A stretch of DNA of 63,933 nucleotides, filler included, from Lenisia limosa (Eukaryota; Protista; Breviatea), in the NCBI GenBank assembly GCA_001655205.1. It is 16 parts of 16 records of this genome, joined end to end, with 100 filler letters (N's around TTAATTAATTAA, not from the genome) between each part and the next. Parts side by side here need not be neighbours in the genome. Positions count along the whole stretch, not along the records: positions 53,882 to 55,261 come from LPNZ01002940.1; positions 55,362 to 56,774 come from LPNZ01004729.1; positions 56,875 to 60,697 come from LPNZ01005947.1; positions 60,798 to 63,933 come from LPNZ01002376.1; 12 more parts are not named here. One strand, 5' to 3'. The position numbers and the translations under genes were made by a program. Positions 53,882-63,933 of this stretch are shown here, piece by piece. Below the pieces are notes generated by a model. The model worked only from the letters and a program-made list of their open reading frames with translations. It searched no databases and had not been told where the DNA came from. Each line of letters opens with the position of its first letter. Positions within the stretch are counted from its first letter, which is position 1.

Positions 53882-55226
53882 CGCGTCAGTCTCTCCTCCC
53901 GTCACGGACCAAATCGGCAAGCAGCTCGAGAGCCAAGCCTCCCCGCGACCCCTCGTCGAAGCCCTCGTCGCCCCTTCGGTTCGGGGGGGAAGAGACACGA
54001 ATAGAATAATGTTGGGGAAATGACAAGTCATCAGACATAAAAAAAATTTAACTATCAGCAAACAAATATATCAAAATGGGGGGCTGGTATTGAAAGAGTG
54101 GCACATACACCTTTATTAACCCTTCAATGAAAGAGCTTTATTTCTTCCCACTAAAGACCTTGATGTCTTAACCCTTCAGTGAAAGAGCCCCGCGAAGCCG
54201 CAGGAAAAAGAGACCTTCTCGTGGGTCCTTGTTTTTTGTTATTGTTTTTTGTTATTGTTTTTGGTTTTTGGTTTTTGTTTTTTTGTATTTCATATTGTTG
54301 GCCCTTTTTTTCTCGTGATATGATCATATAACTGACTTTTGACTCGATTTGGATACCCATATTCACTCGTGATTTGATAGAATATATCGTATAACATATA
54401 CATNNNNNNNNNNNNNNNNNNNNNNNNNNNNNNNNNNNNNNNNNNNNNNNNNNNNNNNNNNNNNNNNNNNNNNNNNNNNNNNNNNNNNNNNNNNNNNNNN
54501 NNNNNNNNNNNNNNNNNNNNNNNNNNNNNNNNNNNNNNNNNNNNNNNNNNNNNNNNNNGGAGAAAGCGACCTCTCAGATCACCCCACAACGGAACCGGAA
54601 CAACCGCCGCCGCCGCCGTTTAGCGGAATTTGCTCGGATTGGCCCCCAAAAAAGCAGTTACTAAAACGGTCACAGAGCGTGACTTGGCAGTTGCACTGTC
54701 TGGAGCCCGGCTCGGTCCAACAGGATCAAACGGTATACTGGGGTTATGGGAGGGTTTTGAGCGTTTTGAGCAAGGGTTTTGAGCTAGATTCACAGGGGTT
54801 TTGATGATAGGAATGATAATAATAATTTGGGCTTCCCTAAGGTCCCAAAAATACTGAATTTCTGGATAAATTCTCGATAAATATTGATACTTTGACGGTC
54901 TTTTTCGGACCGTAGGGAAGCCTTTGTAATAATGTAAGAATTTTATTATGAAAGAATGGTCGTATTATGTATATATACAGTGACCAGAATAAGTGTTGAC
55001 CGATTTGCTCTATGATCTCCCAAGTAAAATCGGTTAAGACTTATCCCGGTCACTGTATATGATAAATGATATGTTTAAAAGAACTGTTTCGGCAGAGTTT
55101 AAACAACATACAAATGATTATTGGAAGGGGTTTACACAAGGGAGTATCTGCTGTCGTTTTGACTCTTCAGGATAACGGGCCATTGATTAGGCGATTCTGG
55201 CCGCCGAAGAAAGACTGTGGGTTTTG
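53882..55226 (+). CDS. Hypothetical Pro/Ser-rich protein fragment
   Basis: GC-rich exon-like blocks with donors; WPPKK occurs twice. Confidence 0.3.
54829..54922. mobile_element. MITE M1 variant (GGGCTTCCCTA termini)
   Basis: Both TIRs carry the matching change (CTTCCCTA.GGTCC / GGACCGTAGGGAAG). Same variant at 18298-18382. Confidence 0.75.
54978..55055. mobile_element. MITE family M2, Tc1/mariner-type (78 bp)
   Basis: TA|CAGTGACC...GGTCACTG|TA. CAGTG termini with TA duplication; TIR about 28 bp. Confidence 0.85.
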
Positions 55227-55956
55227 CTGGCTTGTTTGAATGAATTTGAGGGGGGGGGGGGNNNNNNNNNNNNNNNNNNNNNNNNNNNNNNNNNNNNNNN
55301 NNNNNTTAATTAATTAANNNNNNNNNNNNNNNNNNNNNNNNNNNNNNNNNNNNNNNNNNNNTACGGGAATGTCACATCCCCAAACCACCGAAGATATATC
55401 ATATGTAGCTACATAGTTATGAGAAATAAAACAAGGTTGTATCCGGTCGAAGCCGTTCAGACCAACAACACACTTATAAGAGATACTGGATAATGGTGTA
55501 GTATTATATATAGTTTTTTATCATATTATTTCACCCAATCATTTGACTTACCTATTTGGCATTTCACTTCCCAAATTACCATATGGAATGTCACTTCCAG
55601 AATTACCATATTAGGAATGTCTCTTCCGAAAGTTCTGAGGCACCGTGTGGCTAGCATTGCACTTATTGCAAGCACTTTGGCAACAGGTGAGACGAATCGG
55701 TGAAATTTGCTGTTTTCCCTTATCCTGCACCTCGCTTTATGTCCAAGTTGTTTTTTTGGGTGGTTGATTTCCAGAATATGATTTCCAGTATAATTGATAA
55801 AATGATTCAAGAGTTGTGGGTCCCCCTCCCCCCGCGCTTACCATCAATACTCTTTCACCCCCTCGTGTGTTGCTATCAACAGAGTTGAGTTTAGGCTTTT
55901 TTGTTCCATAAATTACCATATTTGACCCTCAACATTATCTTCACCCATCCCCCAAG

Positions 55957-56440
55957 GCTCCCCCTCCGCTGCTGTCTTCCCTTCCGTTGCCAAAACCACC
56001 ATTACAGCTCTTGAAGGTGTGTGATGCTTGTGGCTTAACTTCGTAAAAAAACTAGATTATTTTCATGTATTCTCCCCCCTAGAATTTATTTTCATTGTCT
56101 TACTGACGAAAAAGGTCTCCTAGCTTCCCTTGGCGACATGATGAGCGCGGTGACGCAATCTTTGACGTTCAATGCGCGTGCAGGCACGCCGAATATCCTC
56201 ATTCACCGCTGCTCCGCCGCCGTATCGGATGCCCAGCAGATTGTGTTGAGATGCGTTGACGCTTTTAATGTGAGGGGGCAGTGGTATATTTTTGGGCTCA
56301 ACCATTGTGGGTTGCTAGCTCACAGAGCCTTTTTTTTGATTGTTTCAAATTTTTTAATTTTACCTCCGCCCCCAGTTTACAACGGAAGCTATCCAGAACC
56401 ATGTTTCTGACGGACCCCAACCACCACGCAAAGTTTGAGG
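55957..56440 (+). CDS. Hypothetical protein fragment
   Basis: Three GC-rich blocks bounded by AG/GT (LPSAAVFPSVAKTTITALE|ASLGDMMSAVTQSLTF...). Frame of the third block unresolved. Confidence 0.35.
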
Positions 56441-57071
56441 GTAATACGTGTTTATTTAATATGATATAATCTGTGTGTGTGGGATGTACAGTTTTCGAAT
56501 TGCCAAGGTCAAGACTTATCCCGGTCTCTATATGATATTATATTCGTAGATATCGTGTGTGTGGGGTATGTAGATGATATAATATAGTATTTGTAGATTC
56601 CTTAATCTCTTCACGAAAGTCTGAAGTTACTTGGGGAAATACTTGGGTACTATTTGTGCTTATTATATATTAACCAGCGTAGATTCTTAGTCTCTTCACG
56701 CATTAAGATTTTTGAACCAAAAGGGAGTACCCAATTAAGGGGATTTCATGAAAGTGAAAGGAATTTTATATTTGNNNNNNNNNNNNNNNNNNNNNNNNNN
56801 NNNNNNNNNNNNNNNNNNTTAATTAATTAANNNNNNNNNNNNNNNNNNNNNNNNNNNNNNNNNNNNNNNNNNNNACGACTTATCGGTCTCTATATAAGTG
56901 AAGAACCCTGCGGGGGTCTCTGTATAAGTGAAGAACCCTCTGGTGTTTGATATTTTTATGAGTACTCTTTGCTTGAATAACTATTTCTTTGGCTTTTGCA
57001 AGCTACTCTTTTTTTCTAGTTTACGCATACCACTACTTACATGCTTCAACCCTTTCTCAAACTGGATTCAG

Positions 57072-60000
57072 AATTGTGAAACTCACCTCCACAGTCACGG
57101 CAGACCACCAGCTGGCTGACCATAAGGGCTTCTTTAAACAGGTCCTTCGCTTTGCTGATGACGGTAATAGGGATTTTAGCAAGGACGTTGGGAGGAAGAT
57201 ATTATAAAGTATGATATGATATGATAGCATGTACTGGTTATACAGATCTATTATATAATTACATAAAGTTTGTACGAAAAATATATCAGGCACAATACAT
57301 AAAAGCGTAGTGACAATATTGTTACTCCCCTTCAAACCTCCACGTGATACTCACCATTCAGGTGTCACCGATGAGCAGATTGCCATAAGGTTGGAGGGTC
57401 AGTTTGAAAGGATTCGGGTTACTTGACTTTTGAAAAGGGTTATGTCTCAGGAATTGCGTTTCGAACAGTATTCCAAAAAGATCAAATTTGTGTTAACCTC
57501 ATTACTGGGCTATTTTTAGGATATCAAGCATGTTTTCACTTTCTTTAGATACGCGAACATGTTTGCCCTCGAGAAAACTCTTATGACCCTCGTCAACCCT
57601 GATCCCGAAATGCAGGAGGTGGGGAGGGGAGGTATTATTAGATGTATAAGTTCAGAGAAATATGTGAAGTATGGGATGGGAGGGGCGTGAATTGGTAACT
57701 TCCGTTTGCATTATCAACCGAAAGTTGGCATAAAGAAGGGGACAGTGGTTGGTCTTGTCCGACATTCTCAGATTTCAGTCGGTCAAGATTCACCATCTTA
57801 GTGTTCTGAATATAATAATATCTCTGGTCAGAGTTGAAAGGCAAATGATATATCACCAATATCTCTTCTCGATGTGATGGTGTGGACTGGCTGAAACAGC
57901 CAGATACAACCTTTACTATGTCACTGCTCAGATGTCTCCCGACACCAACACCACCTTCTATGCTGAGGCCTATTTGAACGACTACTTCAGTTGGGGGGGG
58001 GGGGGNNNNNNNNNNNNNNNNNNNNNNNNNNNNNNNNNNNNNNNNNNNNNNNNNNNNNNNNNNNNNNNNNNNNNNNNNNNNNNNNNNNNNNNNNNNNNNN
58101 NNNNNNNNNNNNNNNNNNNNNNNNNNNNNNNNNNNNNNNNNNNNNNNNNNNNNNNNNNNNNNNNNNNNNNNNNNNNNNNNNNNNNNNNNNNNNNNNNNNN
58201 NNNNNNNNNNNNNNNNNNNNNNNNNNNNNNNNNNNNNNNNNNNNNNNNNNNNNNNNNNNNNNNNNNNNNNNNNNNNNNNNNNNNNNNNNNNNNNNNNNNN
58301 NNNNNNNNNCATCATCAAACCCATCAACCACTTCCATGATGTGGGGGGATGTGGTTTTTTTTATTATTTTTTACTGGGGGGAGGAGAGAAGGTGGGGGTA
58401 CTCTGTGTTTTGTTGTACTGGAAGGAAGGATTAGGCATTTTTATGGTGGGGAGTGAGACAAAAAAAAAACACGCGAGTTATCTCTGACTTTGACTCTTTG
58501 TTTTTGACTCTCTGTTTTTGACGATGTAGGTTCTTCAGTCTATCTCAACAGCCGATAAGCGCGCTGTAAAGGATCTTTTCCTCGTAAGTGGGGCGTTTTC
58601 GGTCCAAACCAATCTGTATTGAAATATGTTGTAAAAACAGTAATATATAATAAGATATGAATATTGCTACAATGACATCTATCGTGGCTTTTCCGAATCA
58701 TTTCAAATCTTACTCTCCCCTCCAGTTCCAAACCATGGCCAACGCTCAAGACGGATTACCCAACAGTGCGCTCAGCTACACTCGCTACCACCCCAAGGCT
58801 TTCTACTATAGTGACGCGGATAAGAACGAAGACTTCTGCTCTGAGGTCCGTGTTGCTGACTTGCCTTATTTGGAATAGCTGACTTACCCTATTTAGAATA
58901 GCCCAACTTAGCTTATTTGGAAGCGAACTTACCTTATTTAGTATGTCGACACATGGCTCGGCTCATTGGTTGACCATCATTACGTCACCAAGTATGTGGG
59001 GTTTTAATGGGCGGATAATGCTGGAAGATGCTCATTCACCCCTCACCCCCCCCCCCAGGATGTTCAAGGCTGAGGATGAGGCTAAGGCCGTGGAGATGGT
59101 TGAGTCTGTGATTAAGGCCTGGAACACCGTGTTCGAGGAGCATTCCGACTGGCTTAACGAGGTAATGGGAGATGATGAAAGGAGGTGATTACATTATATT
59201 ATATTTTTAGATTCTAAAATTCATGGAAAGAAGTTTGCAATAGTACCCCCCCCCCCAGGCCACTCCGAATACTGACCCCCCAGGCCACTCGGAAAAAGTG
59301 CATCACTAAACTGAAGGCTCTCAAGCCCAAGGTCGGCCACGCCAAATTGTGAGTGGTTGTACCCCACTGTAGACAATATATTACTCCCATCCTTGTTCTA
59401 GACATAGCACACTCCCCTTTCACATTAGAGTTTGACAATATTCGGTTCGTGATTAGGTCGCCATTTTCTTCACAAACGACTGGCGAGGGCTTTTTTTGGT
59501 TGATTCTTTTAACCTTGTGTGTTTCCCAAATGTTGAGCCAAATGAGTTAATTTTGGCTTTTTTTTTTGTTTCAAAAATGTTCCATTTACCCCTCAGCTGG
59601 GCTTCATATGAGGGCATGCAAATGCTTGAAACCGACCTGTTGAAGAACCTCTTCACGGCGGGTGACGCCAACATCAGGTATGTGGGAGGTATATGGTTAT
59701 TAAGTGTGCGTTTGTGTGTGGGGGGAGGGGCAGGGCTTCACTTCGGTTCGAAAAAGAGTGTTAAAATATCGATAGTTTTCGAGAGTTTATCGAGATATTT
59801 AGTCTTTTTCCGAACCGGAGTGAAGCCCTAATGTGGTGGTGGTTATCAGTGGTGGGGCATGCGGTGTGTAGGGGTATTACTGTATCAATGCAATAAGTAA
59901 GGCCAAATATAAAGCAGATAGGCATTCCTCACCCCCAGATACCTTTTGGACGTTGCTGCAATGGAGTCCTTCAATCCGGGAGACTACTTCCTCGGAAGTA

Positions 60001-60530
60001 ACACGCAGGTACACTGGGATTACCAAGGGTTTCCCTGGTTGATGTTAACTTTAGAACACAATAGGATGGGTTCATTTCATCATAGTATTGCTTTTATGGT
60101 ATTATCAATCTATAAGTGTGACGGTATGGACGGCTTTGGACAGATATTGCCTTGTGTTATTTCTCATCTCTGCGTTTCATAGTGGAATTAAGTAGATGTG
60201 CGTAATATAATACAATAATAGGATAGTAAATGATATCATTTGTATTTAATCAGTGGCGCTTCCATTTTGCTGACGTTTTAGAACATCAATGCCTACTACA
60301 ACCCCATGTTTAACGATATCACCATCCAAATCAGGTATGTAGTATATTGCCTGAGTGAAATTATCATTGTCATTATAACCCCCATTAGTATATATTTATA
60401 TTCATAACCCCTGTGTCACCATAATCCCTTTTTTGTCACCGTACTTAGTATCATTGCCCCTCCCATCTTCTCTGCGAAGTACCCCATGTCCTTCAACTTT
60501 GGTGCCTTGGGTGCTGTTATCGGTCATGAG
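57072..60530 (+). CDS. M13 family zinc metallopeptidase (neprilysin/ECE/PepO-like), partial
   Basis: KAVEMVESVIKAW...DWLNE|ATRKKCITKLKAL..KVGH, NINAYYNPMFN, IIAPPIFS...NFGALGAVIGHE. The HExxH motif begins at the end of the last visible exon. Confidence 0.92.
59485..59596 (+). repeat. Family A copy ending at an M13 peptidase acceptor
   Basis: Degenerate match ending TTCCATTTACCCCTCAG|exon. Confidence 0.7.
59733..59828. mobile_element. MITE M1 in M13 peptidase intron
   Basis: GGGCTTCACTTCGGTTCGAAAAAG...GTGAAGCCC|TA. Confidence 0.85.
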
Positions 60531-61062
60531 GTGAGAGGGGGGTGCTGTTATCGGTCATGAGGTGCTGTTATCGGGGAGGGGGATTAGACAATATTTCAAT
60601 CTCAGGCTATTGATACCCTTGATTCCGAAGAAAAATCTGATTCTATTGACCAAGACTCCTACAATCACTGTGTTTTCCCCCCTTAAGCCAACTGAGTNNN
60701 NNNNNNNNNNNNNNNNNNNNNNNNNNNNNNNNNNNNNNNNNTTAATTAATTAANNNNNNNNNNNNNNNNNNNNNNNNNNNNNNNNNNNNNNNNNNNNAAA
60801 TAATGAAGTAATAAATGGAGGGCAGAATCCCAGCTAACTAGGAGGTCTACTTGCTTCCATTGTGTATGAATTTTCTACCCATAGATTTTTTTTAATGCAT
60901 GTTCTCTCTAACAAAGAAGAATAAACCTACCAGGACTCTTTACAAATCATACATTGACGAAATTATTTTTTTAAAAAAAGGTGATTAGGGTGTCTGAAAT
61001 ATAATTCTCGTTCGAAATTTGAAATAATTTCTCAATTAATTCTACAGAGTACTATAACTTAC

Positions 61063-62966
61063 CTTTTGAGTGAATGACTGGCTGAGAATGGGTGTGAAGG
61101 GGGGCAGTGGGGGCAGGAGTAGGCGGTTCAACGTGAATTGCTGGGGTATGCCTGAAACGAGTCAAGGCATGTTTCAACAGAAATTAGTAATTCCGTGTCA
61201 TGACTAATCGCGGTCAGTGTATATCATATAATTTCAACCACCAAGCGGAGGAGTATATATCATATGGTCTTCTAGATTTCCATGTTTTGTTTTTTTGAAT
61301 CAGCGATGCTTACATAATACTCGATCCTGGTGCCGGGGTGGGGGCTTCTTCCACCACCTCAACTGGAACTGATGATGTTTCACTAAAAGGTTAAAAATAA
61401 AACAGCTCCAATTTCGGTTCCAAAAGACTGCTTATACAGTGACCGGGATAAGTCTTGACCGATTTGCTATGTGATTTCCCAATGAAAATAGGTCAAGACT
61501 TATCCCAGTCACTCGAATAGGAACTAAAAGTGAAGGTCTAAAATATTATGAACCTACATGGGTGGACCTTTTGGAACTTCTTCACTCGGTATTGCAACCT
61601 AATATAATAAAATTGAAAAACAAAGAGATGGTAATTTATGTTGATATCATCCCCACTTTATTTTTTGTATTTAATGCAACAGTGCAAAGAACTTTTCTTT
61701 CAAATAATTATTGAACTTATTAACAATTAATAACAACTTCAGACTTATTGATACCAGAGCTTCACTTTCGGTTCCAACAGACTGATAAAATATCGATATT
61801 TATCAGGGATTTATCGAGAATTCAGTCTTTTTTGGAACCGAAAGTTAATACATTGGTGAAGCTTACGCCTAGGGTTCACTTCGGTAAGAAACAGTATCGA
61901 TAGTTGTCGACGATTTTTAGAGAAACTCTCTTTTTTCGAACCCTGTGAAGCCCTACTTCCGCCCCTAATACCTTGGCGTCGGGTGCCGCGTCGGAACCAT
62001 TTGACTCTTCTGAGGGTGTTTCTAAAATATGGTAACAAGGTAAAAAAAATCCTTGGATAGTGTTTCTGGGGGTGTTGAAGAGTTAATGTGGGATACACTT
62101 ATGACTCTTTCATCGTTATTTCTAAAATATGGGGTGTTGAGGCAAGAAGGTAGCAATAATTATTTGATGAACGTAAGTGAATTGGGGAGAAAAATTAATT
62201 GGAGTGACACTGATGGGCGATGTGTGTCTGAATAAGCCTAAAGGAACCTACCAGACTGCTGGTCCCCTAGGCCGTCCGTATCTGTTGAGATGTGACGGAT
62301 CACCACATTTCGACCGTATCGACGCCTCAAAACAAAGGGCCGGCTAAACTGTTACCAAAGGATATGTCTGAGAATATATGATATAGCTATACCAGGCACT
62401 TCAAATTGCTTCTCTGCCCCCCCCCCCCCNNNNNNNNNNNNNNNNNNNNNNNNNNNNNNNNNNNNNNNNNNNNNNNNNNNNNNNNNNNNACATAGCCTTA
62501 TTTTTGCCTCCATCCTCGATAAATACTAGAGCTTCACTTTCGGTTCCGAAACACCTGTAAAATATCGATATTTATCGAGGATTTATCAGAAATTCAGTCT
62601 TTTTTAAGTGAAGCTCTAATAAATACCGACATGATATTATATCGTTCTTTTTTGGACCATAGTGAATCCCTAATCCCCGGGGTGGTGATTATAGAATGTG
62701 GAATGTGGAAGGGGTATGTGATGATAATGATGGTGTTGTTGTTGTTGATGTTGATGATGATGATGTTGTTGATGATGATGATGGTGTTGGTGGTGATATT
62801 GGTGGGGATGATGACTTCATATTGTAATTCTTATTATACAACAATCATATCCAGACTCACTCTGCTTCCAAATACTCCTCAGGGTTATCGTGGTGATGAT
62901 GGTGGCGGTGGTGGTGATGGTGCTTGTGGTGATGATGGTGTTTTTCGCTTTCAGCCTCGCTTCGAG
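61063..62966 (-). CDS. Hypothetical protein with a poly-His exon and Pro/Thr-rich exons
   Basis: Exons EAESEKHHHHHKHHHHHRHHHHHDNPEEYLEA, RPFVLRRRYGRNVVIRH, ETSSVPVEVVEEAPTPAP and HTPAIHVEPPTPAPTAPF, with GT-AG borders. Their linkage into one gene is inferred. Confidence 0.4.
61437..61514. mobile_element. MITE M2
   Basis: TA|CAGTGACCGGGATAAGTCTTGACC...GGTCAAGACTTATCCCAGTCACT. Confidence 0.8.
61756..61953. mobile_element. Two adjacent M1 MITEs
   Basis: 61756-61845 (subfamily b) and 61872-61953. Confidence 0.75.
62529..62616. mobile_element. MITE M1, subfamily b
   Basis: TA|GAGCTTCAC...GTGAAGCTC|TA. Confidence 0.8.
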
Positions 62967-63821
62967 CTGAAAAGGTCAAAAGCAGAGCCAAGGAGCGTAG
63001 GAAGGGATATTTGAATGCATATATGGCGGCAATGAGAAAAGTAATGATTATCTTGCGTGTGTGTAATTAAAAAGTTGAGTCATTCGGGGTGGCTATTATG
63101 AGCGTCTGTAGTCAAAAAATAACAAGTGATAAAAGGGGTATTTTCAGAAATTACAAAACGAAAGGAACAAAACCCCCTCAGGCCCCATATTTCTCGCATG
63201 TAGAAAGAAAAAAAGAAAAACCACGCTTTTTAATAAATCCCTCATGTTTCTTCCAATACTGATATATCACGTGGTATAATATATCATATTTTTCGGTTCG
63301 AAAAAGACCGGTGAAATATCGACAGTTTTCGAGGATTATATTATATATTACTGTCCCCCCCCCCCCCCCNNNNNNNNNNNNNNNNNNNNNNNNNNNNNNN
63401 NNNNNNNNNNNNNNNNNNNNNNNNNNNNNNNNNNNNNNNNNNNNNNNNNNNNNNNNNNNNGGAAGGGCGGTCGTGTGGACATCTGCATCACACTTGAGAC
63501 TTTACGTAAACCTGCGGGGTGGAGTAAATCGAAGGTATGAATAATATTTGCGTAAAGGTACGAACCGAATAATCTGAACCTCCTAACAATAAGAAAGATA
63601 ATCAGATATTACAGACTCCATAATCACCACAACTCTTAGATATGGTAGAAAATATGTTCCCATTCATTCACTTATAAATTTAGAATTGCTTTGGTATAGT
63701 CAACACTAGGCCCAATAAATATACCTTACAAACCCCTCCTAGCAATAAGCAATAACAAAAACGAGCAACCAGCACCATCACGCTGATAAAAGATATTGAA
63801 TTCTACCACCCCACTCAATCA

Positions 63822-63898
63822 GGGCTTCACTTCGGTTCGAACAAGTCTGGGAAAAAATATCGAGAATTCAGTCTTATTTTTGAACCGCAGTGAAGCCC
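63822..63898. mobile_element. MITE M1, internally deleted
   Basis: Both TIRs present; core shortened. Confidence 0.75.
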
Positions 63899-63933
63899 AA
63901 CACGACACCCAATTCCTTTAAAAAAAAACCCCC

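Overview
Intron-rich eukaryotic (protist-type) genomic DNA in the standard genetic code. It is not one continuous locus: 16 short scaffolds are joined by 15 artificial N44-TTAATTAATTAA-N44 linkers, so neighbourhood across a linker means nothing. Most ORF-track entries are spurious, and the real genes had to be rebuilt exon by exon. Recognisable genes are an MBOAT_2 acyltransferase, an ASCC1-like KH plus 2H phosphoesterase, an NDR kinase, an ELAPOR-like protein, WW, G-patch, polyproline, HEAT, ankyrin, LRR and TPR proteins, RBM42, RPL13A, exportin-1 (Thr at the leptomycin-reactive Cys), a spliced flavodiiron protein (suggesting a low-oxygen lifestyle) and an M13 peptidase. The non-coding DNA carries at least five short dispersed repeat families. 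Three are palindromic MITE-like elements, usually TA-flanked. The two most interesting are non-palindromic and sit almost only on the sense strand of introns: family A repeatedly ends at the 3' splice acceptor and has a conserved hairpin, and family B has a C(UUCG)G tetraloop and in one case starts at the 5' splice donor. They are candidates for introner-like elements or mobile intron-encoded structured RNAs. All calls come from manual translation and recalled family motifs; no database search was run. The organism could not be identified.
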